A stretch of 64,000 bases of DNA, from assembly GCA_046116545.1 (NCBI GenBank), contig CP175956.1, positions 833,734 to 897,733 on the forward strand. The letters are read 5' to 3'. Made by a program: the position numbers and the translations under genes. The DNA is from Candidatus Moraniibacteriota bacterium. Its GTDB lineage: Bacteria; Patescibacteriota; Minisyncoccia; Moranbacterales; GCA-2747515. The first letter of the stretch is position 1. Each line of letters starts with the position of its first letter. This document shows, in pieces, positions 45,808 to 55,687 of the stretch. The notes under the pieces are model-generated. The model made no database searches, was not told where the DNA came from, and worked only from the letters and a program-made list of their open reading frames with translations.

Positions 45808-45880
45808 AGCCACTTGTCAGATTCGAACTGACGACCTGCGGTTTACAAAACCGATGCTCTACCAACTGAGCTAAAGTGGC
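45808..45880 (-). tRNA. tRNA-Thr (anticodon UGU), discriminator U
   Basis: Minus strand reads GCCACTT-TAGCTCAGTTGGTAGAGC-A-TCGGT-TTTGTAA-ACCGC-AGGTC-GTCAG-TTCGAAT-CTGAC-AAGTGGC-T. Confidence 0.75.
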
Positions 45881-45951
45881 ATACTCAACCAGTATATACT
45901 GGTTGATAATTTTGTGCAAGTCTTCATAAATAATATAGACCTACACAAAAT

Positions 45952-46491
45952 TTACAATACTCTATCTAGATTTCTCATAGCAACTTGTGCACGTTTATGT
46001 CGTGGGTCAAGTCGAAGTACAAATTTATAGCATTCCCTGGCATCCTCAAACTTCTCATGTTCCATATAGTAATCAGCCAACTTTTCATATCTTTTACTAT
46101 TTTGAGGATCACTCTCTATATCTTTCATCAACATTATTTCTGACTCATCTCTATCCTCTCCATCAGAAATCTTATCACTGACCATACTTTTTTTCTTCAA
46201 AGATACAATTTTCTTAATATTGTTTCCAGTCATTATTCCTTGTGTAACTGTTTTCTTTGTATTCTTATCAGAAACCAATGTTCTTTTTATCTTATTAGTT
46301 GCTTTATTAGATTTCTCTTGAAAAAACTGTTTTCCCTTCCGCATTTTATTCTTCACCCCTTGCCCACCTACATCTTCTAAGATGAGGTTATTCCTAGATT
46401 TATTTACAGGAGACAAAACACGAGCAAGAAATACAATAAGTATCGCAATCGCAATCACAATGATAATTGGTGGTACAATCAAATAAATCAT
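45952..46491 (-). CDS. Membrane-anchored TPR-repeat protein (hypothetical)
   Basis: N-terminal TM IYLIVPPIIIVIAIAILIVFL. C-terminal TPR-like YEKLADYYMEHEKFEDARECYKFVLRLDPRHKRAQ. Confidence 0.45.
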   Translation of the reverse strand: MIYLIVPPIIIVIAIAILIVFLARVLSPVNKSRNNLILEDVGGQGVKNKMRKGKQFFQEKSNKATNKIKRTLVSDKNTKKTVTQGIMTGNNIKKIVSLKKKSMVSDKISDGEDRDESEIMLMKDIESDPQNSKRYEKLADYYMEHEKFEDARECYKFVLRLDPRHKRAQVAMRNLDRVL

Positions 46492-46537
46492 AACAGACTA
46501 AAACTATTCCCTACTATTTAATACCTTAATAATACAA

Positions 46538-47122
46538 TTAGAATGAAAATCGTGCAAATTCTCCAATTTCAACTTTTTCTCCAATTTTTACAACAAGTTC
46601 ATTCTTCAAATCTTCTATAGTTTGATCAGGATTTTTCACAAAAGATTGTGTAAGTAAAGCAGATTCTTCTCTAAATTTCTTTTCTTTACCTTCCATGATT
46701 TTTTCCATAATATCAGCTGGTTTTCCTTCTCCCTTTAATTGTTCAGTCCAAATTTCTCTTTCTTTTGTAACCAAAACATCATCAACATCAGATGGACTCA
46801 AACATTGTGGATCAGAAGCTGTTATATGCATTGCAATATCTGCTGCAAACGTTTGGAAGTCTTCATTCATTGCTACAAAATCAGTTTCACACAAAACCTT
46901 TACCATTGCTCCAATTTTTTGATTTGAATGAACGTATGTTCCAATAATTCCCTCACTAGCATCTCTATCTGCTTTTTTTGCAGCCTTTGCTTGACCACTT
47001 TTTCGCAATTGTTCTATTGCTTTTTCTTCATCTCCATTTGTTTCATCAAGCGCTTTTTTTACTTCTATAATTCCAGCACCAGTTTGCTCTCTTAATTTTT
47101 TTATTTGTTCTAAAGTACTCAT
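46538..47122 (-). CDS. tsf: Elongation factor Ts
   Basis: [37 protein letters not shown] is the UBA-like EF-Ts N-terminus. The core reads [24 protein letters not shown]. Confidence 0.9.
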   Translation of the reverse strand: MSTLEQIKKLREQTGAGIIEVKKALDETNGDEEKAIEQLRKSGQAKAAKKADRDASEGIIGTYVHSNQKIGAMVKVLCETDFVAMNEDFQTFAADIAMHITASDPQCLSPSDVDDVLVTKEREIWTEQLKGEGKPADIMEKIMEGKEKKFREESALLTQSFVKNPDQTIEDLKNELVVKIGEKVEIGEFARFSF

Positions 47123-47149
47123 TTTAATTAGTTTATGTAGTTATTAATA

Positions 47150-47926
47150 TTATTTCAATGCTTTGCAAATATGTGCAAACATCATTGTAATTGATGACAC
47201 AGCATCATCATTTGCTGGAATAGGATATGTAACTCCTGCTGGATTCACATTTGTATCAACTAGTGCTACAACTGGTACTCCAACTATATTTGCCTCAGCA
47301 ACAGCCAATTTATCAGCATTCAAATCTGTTACAAAAACAGCGCCTGGAAGTGATGCCATCTCAGCTATACCACCCATTCTTCTATCAAGCTTTTCTGCCT
47401 CTTCAATTTTCTTCATTTGTTCAAACTTCGTATATTTTTTCAAATCACCTTTTTCAATTTGATCTTTAAGTCGTGTCATGTATCTAGTCCGTCCACGAAT
47501 ATTTCTAAAGTTTGTAAAAGTTCCTCCTAGCCATCTCTCAACTACATATGGATTTTCTGTATATTCAGCAACATCCTTCACTAAATCACAAGATTGCTTT
47601 TTTGTTCCTACAAATAGAATTTGTTTTCCACTCTTTTTCACAGACTCTAAAAATTCAAGAGCTTCACCAGCAAGTTCCACAGTCTTTGCAAGATCTATAA
47701 TATTTATATTATTTCTTGTCGTAAAAATATATTGATCCATCTTTGGGTTTCGTCTTGCTTTTTGATGTCCAAAATGTACACCCGCCTTAAGAAGTACTGG
47801 CATTGTCAATTCAAGATTATCATAATCATACTTCTCAAAAACATTCTTTCTTGCGTTCTTTGCAATTTCTTGCATATCTTTCTTGTCACTGTCTTTTTTA
47901 ACAGCAATTTTTTTATCTTCACTCAT
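47150..47926 (-). CDS. rpsB: 30S ribosomal protein S2
   Basis: LLKAGVHFGHQKARRNPKM is the S2 signature. Its position upstream of tsf is conserved. Confidence 0.9.
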   Translation of the reverse strand: MSEDKKIAVKKDSDKKDMQEIAKNARKNVFEKYDYDNLELTMPVLLKAGVHFGHQKARRNPKMDQYIFTTRNNINIIDLAKTVELAGEALEFLESVKKSGKQILFVGTKKQSCDLVKDVAEYTENPYVVERWLGGTFTNFRNIRGRTRYMTRLKDQIEKGDLKKYTKFEQMKKIEEAEKLDRRMGGIAEMASLPGAVFVTDLNADKLAVAEANIVGVPVVALVDTNVNPAGVTYPIPANDDAVSSITMMFAHICKALK

Positions 47927-48152
47927 ATTACTTTATCCTTAAATATTACATATATACTTCAATTGGCAGTCCTTATTGATGAAAACATTTATCAACAGGA
48001 ATGGACTCCTACAAATATATACTTGATTAATTAATGAACTCAATGGTACATGATACCTCAACACTTGTCAATTAAATTAAATTGTGTTAGTCTGTTGCTT
48101 AGTGGTATGTCCCGATATTTCACCACTTATTTATTGATACTAAATTTTACTT

Positions 48153-48443
48153 ATGAAAAAAGACCTACATCCAAATTATATAAAAGATGCTTCCATAACA
48201 TGTTCTTGTGGTGCTGAGTTCACAACTGGAGCAACACGTGAAGAACTTTCAATAGAATCATGTTCTCAGTGTCATCCAGCTTATACTGGGAAGAAAAAGA
48301 TTATTGACTCAACTGGACGAGTTGATAGATTCAAAAAACTTGCTGAGAAAGCAGCAAAAGCAAAGAATACGCGTAAAGACATTAAGAGTAAAGAAGATAA
48401 AAAAGAAGAAAAAGCAAAAAAGCAAGAAAAAGCTACTGCTTAA
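48153..48443 (+). CDS. rpmE: 50S ribosomal protein L31 with Lys-rich C-terminal extension
   Basis: MKKDLHPNYIKDASITCSCGAEFTTG...CSQCHPAYTGK is the L31 zinc-ribbon signature. Confidence 0.85.
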   Translation: MKKDLHPNYIKDASITCSCGAEFTTGATREELSIESCSQCHPAYTGKKKIIDSTGRVDRFKKLAEKAAKAKNTRKDIKSKEDKKEEKAKKQEKATA

Positions 48444-48656
48444 ATATATTAATGTAACTTGCTTTATAGACACCCGTTATGGGTGTCTTTTCTTTTTTCT
48501 CATTCTGTATTGTGCTTTTTATAATCAATCAGAAACCTAAACAACTACATCTGAGATATATGTGTAGATCTTAATCATGTACCTCCCAAAGTAAGCGACC
48601 CGAGTAAACAGAGTACTTACAAAAGGCTTTTAAAGGTTTATGGATTCGCAGTCTAG

Positions 48657-48780
48657 CGTCTTTGCGAGCAGAAGTGATATTTTATGTGACTAGCGAAGCA
48701 ATCTACTGTAAGTTCATTATCAACTACATCTGAGATTGCTTCTCCGTATACAATGATTATCACTCCTACTCGCAAAGACA
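48657..48780. repeat. MITE-like palindromic element E3 (diverged/composite member)
   Basis: gtctttgcgagcagaagtgata ... tatcactcctactcgcaaagac outer arms. Inner agcgaagcaatct / agattgcttc arms as in E1 and E2. A direct repeat aactacatctgaga also occurs at 48544 and 48718. Confidence 0.65.
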
Positions 48781-48869
48781 TATTTAAAACATAAAGAATT
48801 ATCATTTTTTACTTTGACTGCAGCCAGATAGTACAGTATAGTACTAACCAGTAATAATGAACAAAATTT

Positions 48870-49952
48870 ATGAAAGATATAATTGAAAAAGTGAAAAAAG
48901 AATATACTGAAATCACAGAAGCTTTAAATGACCCAAATATTTCAAGCAATCCTACAAAAATGATAGAACTCAGCAAAAAACAATCTGAGATGAATGAAGT
49001 TATATCAAAAATCACAGAATTTGAAAAAATAAATCAATCCATGAAAGATAATGCTGAAATGATAAATGAAGGAGGAGATGAGGAATTGGCACAAATGGCA
49101 ATGGAAGAAAATGCTGATTTATCTAAAAGAATTCCTATAATTGAAAAAGAATTGGAAGTTTTACTATTGCCAAAAGATCCCAATGATACAAAGAATGTTA
49201 TTGTAGAAATTCGTGGAGGTGCTGGTGGAGATGAATCTGCACTTTTTGCCGCAAACCTATTTCGCATGTATTCACGATATGCAGAAAATAATGCCTGGAA
49301 AGTTGCAATATTAAATTCGAGTCCTACCGGAATTGGAGGATACAAAGAGATAGTATTTGAAATAAGTGCTAGTGGCGATGCAAATTCTGTTTTTAAACAC
49401 ATGAAATATGAATCAGGTGTACACAGAGTACAAAGGATTCCTGAAACAGAAAAGCAAGGACGTATTCACACATCAACTGCTACTGTGGCAGTCTTGCCGG
49501 AAGTTGAAGAAGTTGATGTGAATATAGAGGCAAAAGACTTACGAATTGACACATTTGCATCTAGTGGACCTGGAGGACAAAGTGTAAATACCACTATGAG
49601 TGCAGTCCGTATAACACATATTCCAACAGGTACAGTTGTGTCTTGCCAAGATGGCAAATCTCAAGGTAAAAATAAAGCTCAAGCTATGAAAGTATTACGC
49701 TCTCGAGTCTTACAGAACGAACAAGAAAAACATGATAAAGAAATAGGAACTGAGAGACGCTCCCAGGTAGGTACAGGAGACCGAAGTGAAAAAATTCGCA
49801 CATACAACTTTCCACAAGACAGGATTACAGACCACAGGATAAAACAAAATTGGAGTGGACTAGAAAAAACATTGGACGGCTACATAGACGAAATAGTAGC
49901 AGCGCTCCAAGAAGAAGATATCAGGATAAAACTAGAGCAACAAACTCCATAA
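48870..49952 (+). CDS. prfA: Peptide chain release factor 1
   Basis: GGQ motif SGPGGQSVNTT. RF1-type tripeptide region RIPETEKQGRIHTS (PxT). GGAGGDESALFAANLFRMY. Confidence 0.95.
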   Translation: MKDIIEKVKKEYTEITEALNDPNISSNPTKMIELSKKQSEMNEVISKITEFEKINQSMKDNAEMINEGGDEELAQMAMEENADLSKRIPIIEKELEVLLLPKDPNDTKNVIVEIRGGAGGDESALFAANLFRMYSRYAENNAWKVAILNSSPTGIGGYKEIVFEISASGDANSVFKHMKYESGVHRVQRIPETEKQGRIHTSTATVAVLPEVEEVDVNIEAKDLRIDTFASSGPGGQSVNTTMSAVRITHIPTGTVVSCQDGKSQGKNKAQAMKVLRSRVLQNEQEKHDKEIGTERRSQVGTGDRSEKIRTYNFPQDRITDHRIKQNWSGLEKTLDGYIDEIVAALQEEDIRIKLEQQTP

Positions 49953-50013
49953 TCTATTTGGAACATAAAAAAGACATTCACTCACTGAATGTCTTTTTTT
50001 ATTTAGATTAATT

Positions 50014-50232
50014 TTATTTTGTACCCTGCCCAGAAATATGAGTCGGTGCATTTGGATTTGGAGGAGCCGGTACATAACTTTTATCATTTTTACTTGGACC
50101 TCCTGATTTCATCATCATGAACACAACAAGAAAAAATAATGCTCCAATAATCGCTAAAAACATCTGTACTTGCTTTCCAGTTACTTCCAAAGAAGTGCTA
50201 TCTTCTATCAAATTTTGTATTTTTTCAATCAT
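50014..50232 (-). CDS. Hypothetical small membrane protein
   Basis: 72 aa with a single TM, MFLAIIGALFFLVVFMMM. Confidence 0.3.
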   Translation of the reverse strand: MIEKIQNLIEDSTSLEVTGKQVQMFLAIIGALFFLVVFMMMKSGGPSKNDKSYVPAPPNPNAPTHISGQGTK

Positions 50233-50256
50233 CTTATTTAATTTAACTTTTATAAT

Positions 50257-50841
50257 TTACAGCCTTGAATGTAATTGTACATCTATATAACAATAATCAC
50301 CACTTCTAGACCATCCAATTGACTTACAAATTTTATCAGCATAAGCACCATCCTCAGCATCAGTTGTATCAAGTAAATATAAATTAACACGAGCATAGTC
50401 ATTACTATCACGATCAACATTTAAAGTAATTCCTTGCGTAGCTGCATATGGACTAAATCCATTTTCATCACTTAATATCGGCAGATCACCAAGATGTGTA
50501 ACAGCTTCAAAAATTCTCTGTGCTTCACCTCCTGCAGTCGCAGAGATTGGAGTTCCTATTGTTCCACAAGAAACGTACGTACCTAAACAAAAATCACCAT
50601 CAATATTTCCTCCTGTACTACCTGAACCCATATTACCTTTATCAAATTTTCCAGCAGCAACAGAATCAGCTACCATTTTATGCATTTGAGTTCCATAAGC
50701 TAAATATTTATTTACCTCTGCTCGTTCCCTACCACTATCAAGTGACATCAAAATTACTGTTGATAAAATTGCTATCAGAGCTATAACCATCAAGAGCTCA
50801 ATCAGCGTAAAACCTTTTTGTGTTGATTTGTATTTTTTCAT
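50257..50841 (-). CDS. Type IV pilin / pseudopilin (prepilin N-terminal cleavage-methylation domain)
   Basis: QKGFTLIELLMVIALIAILSTVIL is the class III signal peptide motif (G/FTLIE). Confidence 0.8.
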   Translation of the reverse strand: MKKYKSTQKGFTLIELLMVIALIAILSTVILMSLDSGRERAEVNKYLAYGTQMHKMVADSVAAGKFDKGNMGSGSTGGNIDGDFCLGTYVSCGTIGTPISATAGGEAQRIFEAVTHLGDLPILSDENGFSPYAATQGITLNVDRDSNDYARVNLYLLDTTDAEDGAYADKICKSIGWSRSGDYCYIDVQLHSRL

Positions 50842-51014
50842 ATTTAAAAAATATGTTACGAATTAATAACTTTTCATTATTATAACATTCTAAATAATTT
50901 TGCGCAAAAAAGTTATCCCCATTGAAATGCTCCGTGCATCTACTTAATAAATACTCTACACCCTACAGCTATTTTACAAACAAAAAATGCGATATCTCTA
51001 TCGCATTTTTTCAT

Positions 51015-52271
51015 CTATTTTTTATTCATTGCTATATCATAAATTTTCATAAGACCTTTATAATACACATCTTCATTATTGAATAAATCAACTCGTTTCT
51101 TTGCATTTTCTCCCATTTTTTTTATTAATTCTGGATTTTGTATAAATATCTTCATATATTTTACCAAATTATCACTATTATATGATTCAAATACAAATCC
51201 ACTTTTACCATCTTCAATAATCTCTTTTGTGCCTCCAAGATCTGATACGATTACTGGTGACTTAAAAACCAATGATTCTGATATTGCAACAGGAGCATTG
51301 TCATACCAAATTGATGGTAATACACCAACTGAAGATCTGCTCATTAGTTCCATCCACTCCCCACTGTCTTTTGGATAAAAACCTGTAAACTCTACAACAT
51401 CACTCACATCATTATCACATACATATTCTTTTATCTCATTTTCTTGTGGACCTTTTCCAGCAATAACAAACTTCCACCCATTTAACTCATTAGATTTTTT
51501 TATTTTTTTCATGGCATCTATAGCAAGTTTTAAACCTTTTTCCTCTGATATACGTCCCATAAATAAAAACTCTTTTTTCTTGTTTCCTATTTGTCTATAA
51601 TCATCAAAATTTAATACATTTCTAAGTACTACAATTTTTTCTGCAGAAATACCATATTCAACACATTTATCTTTCATAAATTGACTTGGCGCCAAAAACA
51701 CATCAACGTTATCATAAAAACCAAACCATTTATTTACATACCCCTCAACCATTCCAATAAAACTCTCTCCCCAAGAATCTCCAATTATTTTATTAGTAAA
51801 TAATTTATAATATCTGCCTCCTTTGCAAGAATTATCAACTTTGCCATGTGCAAATAAATGATAATCTGGACATATTACATGATAATCTGTAAGCTCAAAA
51901 ACTATCGGCACACCATGTTTTTTAAATACTCTTAATATCCCAGGTGTCAAATAATGATATATATCATATACATGAGCCACATTTGGTTTTTCATAAGTTA
52001 ATAACTCATCTAGTTTTTTTATAGCGTCTCTATTATAAATAACCTTGGGTACAAGCTTTATTTTTGCCCACAAAGAATGCGCTTCTCGTATATCATAATG
52101 CTTAGCAAAAAATTTCTTATACTCAGTTTTTTCATTTAATTCATCATGCATTGCAAAATTCATTGTCTTATTTCCATACTTTCGCAACAATTTTTCAACT
52201 TCAAAAAGCACAGACACTGCCCCTCCTCCGCGTTCTCTGGTATAATACTTATGTACCTGTAAAATTTTCAT
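51015..52271 (-). CDS. Glycosyltransferase family 4 (GT-B)
   Basis: EEKGLKLAIDAMKKI...KFVIAGKGP and ESLVFKSPVIVSDLGGTKEIIEDGKSGFVFE are GT4 EX7E-type motifs. Confidence 0.8.
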   Translation of the reverse strand: MKILQVHKYYTRERGGGAVSVLFEVEKLLRKYGNKTMNFAMHDELNEKTEYKKFFAKHYDIREAHSLWAKIKLVPKVIYNRDAIKKLDELLTYEKPNVAHVYDIYHYLTPGILRVFKKHGVPIVFELTDYHVICPDYHLFAHGKVDNSCKGGRYYKLFTNKIIGDSWGESFIGMVEGYVNKWFGFYDNVDVFLAPSQFMKDKCVEYGISAEKIVVLRNVLNFDDYRQIGNKKKEFLFMGRISEEKGLKLAIDAMKKIKKSNELNGWKFVIAGKGPQENEIKEYVCDNDVSDVVEFTGFYPKDSGEWMELMSRSSVGVLPSIWYDNAPVAISESLVFKSPVIVSDLGGTKEIIEDGKSGFVFESYNSDNLVKYMKIFIQNPELIKKMGENAKKRVDLFNNEDVYYKGLMKIYDIAMNKK

Positions 52272-52315
52272 AATTGTAATTTCATTACATAATAATCAAC
52301 AATAAATTATAACAC

Positions 52316-53686
52316 ATGAAGTCAACTTTGTCAATAGTAGATAAACATACATTAGGTGTCTTTTCTATCATAGGAATTGTAACTATCTTTATAATTCATT
52401 TTATTTTGCTTTTAAGTCCATTATTTACAATTGGTGCACTTTTCTTTTTATTTATCATCATACTCTTTTTGCATAATCCAGTATATGGCTTCATTTTAAT
52501 TATTATATCACGTACATCAGTAGATTTTTTATCTTCTAAATTTTCCATCTATATTACAGATGCTATAAACTTAAACTTGGCTTCCCTTTTTGCAATACTT
52601 TCTGTATTTCTGTACACGATATTCCTCCTAAATAATAGGAAGAATATTTTATCGGTACCATTAATTATTCCCTTTATATTATTTATAGCATTAACGATAA
52701 CTAGTTACCTTTGGTCTGTAAGCACAATAACGACAATCCAAGAAACTTTACGTATAACTAGTATATTCTTCACCTATTTAGTTGCTTACATAATTTGTAT
52801 AAAAGATATTACTTCCAGAAAAACCATCTTAACTTCAATTTTATTTGCCTCTATAATTCCAATCTCCTTTGCACTATTTCAACTTATTACTCAAACTGGA
52901 ATGACCGATGCAACTGGACTTGATGGAAGATTATTTGGTACTTTTGCAGAAGCAAATGGATTTGCATCATTTATGTTGGTTATAATATCTATACTTCTAT
53001 ACAATACTTTTTCACAAAAAAATTCAATTCAAGACAACAAGCCTCAACTAACACTTTTAGGATTATCCATTCTTTTATTGTTGCTTACATTTAGTAGAGG
53101 CGGTTGGCTAGCGCTCATTGTACTACTTGGTGTATTTGGCCTAATCAAAAAGCCTAAAGCACTTATAGCCTTTACCTTATTATTTATAGTATTATTCTTT
53201 ACATCTTCAAAAATACATGATCGTATAGAGGATGTTTACAATCCTCCAGCTGACAGCTCTATCCGATGGCGAATACGCCAATGGAACGATGTTATTGAAA
53301 CTTGGAAATTATCACCAATTTACGGACATGGTGGAGGTACAGAAATAATTATACACGAACAGGAACATAGTTACTTATCTGGTGACCCCTACACTCACAA
53401 TGATCTTTTGAAAGTAATGCAAGAGACTGGATTAATTGGATTAGCTTTATTTGTATTTCTATTAGCAACTACTCTAATATTATTATTCAAAAAATACTTG
53501 AAACTTACTAATAAAAATGACAAATTATTCGTCTTAATAACCTTATTGTTATTCCTAGCACAACTAAGTTTTGGTATGAGCTCAAATATTTGGAGAGGAA
53601 CTGCTGTTGAATGGATAATCTGGACATTGGTAGCTTGTGCATTATCAATAAGCACATCAAAGGACTCTCAAATTGATCGCGTTTAA
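52316..53686 (+). CDS. O-antigen ligase / Wzy-like polymerase family membrane protein
   Basis: At least 10 TM helices. The periplasmic loop carries HNDLLKVMQETGLIGLALF, the Wzy_C signature. Confidence 0.65.
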   Translation: MKSTLSIVDKHTLGVFSIIGIVTIFIIHFILLLSPLFTIGALFFLFIIILFLHNPVYGFILIIISRTSVDFLSSKFSIYITDAINLNLASLFAILSVFLYTIFLLNNRKNILSVPLIIPFILFIALTITSYLWSVSTITTIQETLRITSIFFTYLVAYIICIKDITSRKTILTSILFASIIPISFALFQLITQTGMTDATGLDGRLFGTFAEANGFASFMLVIISILLYNTFSQKNSIQDNKPQLTLLGLSILLLLLTFSRGGWLALIVLLGVFGLIKKPKALIAFTLLFIVLFFTSSKIHDRIEDVYNPPADSSIRWRIRQWNDVIETWKLSPIYGHGGGTEIIIHEQEHSYLSGDPYTHNDLLKVMQETGLIGLALFVFLLATTLILLFKKYLKLTNKNDKLFVLITLLLFLAQLSFGMSSNIWRGTAVEWIIWTLVACALSISTSKDSQIDRV

Positions 53687-53697
53687 ATCTAAAAAGA

Positions 53698-54213
53698 TTA
53701 TAAACTCTCTATTTCTTCTTCCAGTAATTTAAAAGTATTTGTAATATCTTCTTTTTGATTTTTACTTATATAATTCTCAAATAATCCATTCTCAAATGAA
53801 CGAACAAATCTATTAATAAAAAGTGGTGTATTTCTTGTATCATCAAAATATTTTATTATCTTATAGTCTGGTGAAAAAAACATATGCACTGTTGTATCCT
53901 CTTGATAAAAACCCGTTTGTTTAGATATATTTAATGCAATTTCCTCCAAGTCTCGCAATGCTACACCAATATCTTCTTTTTCTTGTTTGCTAAATTGCTT
54001 TTCATTTAAAATATCAATATATTCCTCAAAGTCTTTTTGTATTATTTGCAAATCAATAATATTTTTATTCATCTTATTATAATGATCTTCTTGTTCACTA
54101 ACAACAATCATTGAAACATACTCCAAACCATTTTGACACACCAAAGCAACCACAATTGATGTAGTCACAAAACAGACACAAATAAAACTAATTATAAATA
54201 TTTTCTTTTTCAT
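53698..54213 (-). CDS. Hypothetical membrane-anchored protein
   Basis: N-terminal TM KIFIISFICVCFVTTSIVVALV. 171 aa. Confidence 0.35.
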   Translation of the reverse strand: MKKKIFIISFICVCFVTTSIVVALVCQNGLEYVSMIVVSEQEDHYNKMNKNIIDLQIIQKDFEEYIDILNEKQFSKQEKEDIGVALRDLEEIALNISKQTGFYQEDTTVHMFFSPDYKIIKYFDDTRNTPLFINRFVRSFENGLFENYISKNQKEDITNTFKLLEEEIESL

Positions 54214-54301
54214 ATTTCAATGATATCAATTTTTTTCAATAAAAGAAAGAAGTCCTACGATACATTGTATCATAGGACTTCAAGTTAAGACTTCAGGTTA
54301 T

Positions 54302-55687
54302 TTACTCTCCAGTATATTCTTCTGTCTGAGCAGCCCAGATAGCACGAAAAGTGTCAGCCACTTTCCATGTACCTATGACACTATACATCATGTCAGGCCC
54401 ATCAAAAAGAATTCTTGGATTGAACAATTTAATGTCCAACAGTTCATAACCACTATAAGCCAATTTAAACCCAAGACCTCCCTGGAAATAAGCAGAGTCC
54501 TTACCCCACAAATAACCCGAGTTGACATTAAGGGTTGGAGACAATCTCCATTTACCTTCATCATCAATGTAATAATCATAGATGTCTGTGTTATAAAACA
54601 GATTCAGCCATCTATTATCATAGGCATATTCAGAACCACGCCCCTCTGAATCAGAGTAATCAACATTGAAAGGATGGATGTAACGACCACCAAACTCATA
54701 ATACGTCCACCAAGCTTCATCATTTTCACGACGTTGCTTGTTGTCATATCTGAGTCTCAGGTCAAACAAGTTTTCACGCTGCTTAGACCAATAACCATTA
54801 GTCATACTACCATTAGTTTTTTGAGTAAATATTCCAGTATTAACTTCAAAACCAGAATTTTCACTCAAATGAGTGTAAGTGCTGATACCACCACCAACGA
54901 TATCATAATCCCACCTTCCGCTGAGATTAGCTCTTGGCTCGTGCATTTTACTTACACCATCCACAAGGTCAAAATAGACCCCAGCATCAGTATTTCCAAT
55001 GCGAAGTGGACGAACATGAACACTCACATTAAAACCCGAATCCGTATGATCTTGATAACCACCACCCATAGATTTTGCATTCCAATGGGTAATATTTACA
55101 ACATCTGTCCAAGAATTGAGATCTCTAACCTCAAGTCCTCCACCTCTCCTAGAAACATCCTGACCTTGACCTGCAATCGAACTACCACCAATCGTACTAG
55201 ACGAAATGGAAAGTGGTTTCAAAGAGGTTTTGGATTTGGATATTGAGCTTGGAATCAACGCAGGCGCTTTTTCCAATGGCTCAAGCTTAGGCACTGTTAC
55301 CGAAACAGGTTGTTTATAAACCGACTTCTGTACAACAACTCTTTTTGCTTGCTGTTGCACTGGTACGATAACAGCAGAAGCATTACAAGATTTAACTGTA
55401 GTAAGCTTCTTACCGGATTTGGAAATAACGAGTCCCGAAAAGGGAAACTTTTTTGGAGATGTATTGGACATAAATCTCATCAATTTGCCGCTATCATCTC
55501 TTCCAATTGCAAAACCATTTGAATAAAGAAACTGAATTTCTCCAATTCCCTCAACTATGGCACATTTACCATCAGAATCCAGTTTATCTACCAGACCCTT
55601 CGGAATGTTTAATGTCCTAGCACTCGACGCCGAAGCGCTCAAAAGCGCAATTGCGAAAATACTAAATAATATTTTCTTCATTCTCAC
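54302..55687 (-). CDS. Hypothetical secreted protein
   Basis: Signal peptide MRMKKILFSIFAIALLSASASSA. 461 aa, aromatic-rich C-terminal half. Confidence 0.4.
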   Translation of the reverse strand: MRMKKILFSIFAIALLSASASSARTLNIPKGLVDKLDSDGKCAIVEGIGEIQFLYSNGFAIGRDDSGKLMRFMSNTSPKKFPFSGLVISKSGKKLTTVKSCNASAVIVPVQQQAKRVVVQKSVYKQPVSVTVPKLEPLEKAPALIPSSISKSKTSLKPLSISSSTIGGSSIAGQGQDVSRRGGGLEVRDLNSWTDVVNITHWNAKSMGGGYQDHTDSGFNVSVHVRPLRIGNTDAGVYFDLVDGVSKMHEPRANLSGRWDYDIVGGGISTYTHLSENSGFEVNTGIFTQKTNGSMTNGYWSKQRENLFDLRLRYDNKQRRENDEAWWTYYEFGGRYIHPFNVDYSDSEGRGSEYAYDNRWLNLFYNTDIYDYYIDDEGKWRLSPTLNVNSGYLWGKDSAYFQGGLGFKLAYSGYELLDIKLFNPRILFDGPDMMYSVIGTWKVADTFRAIWAAQTEEYTGE

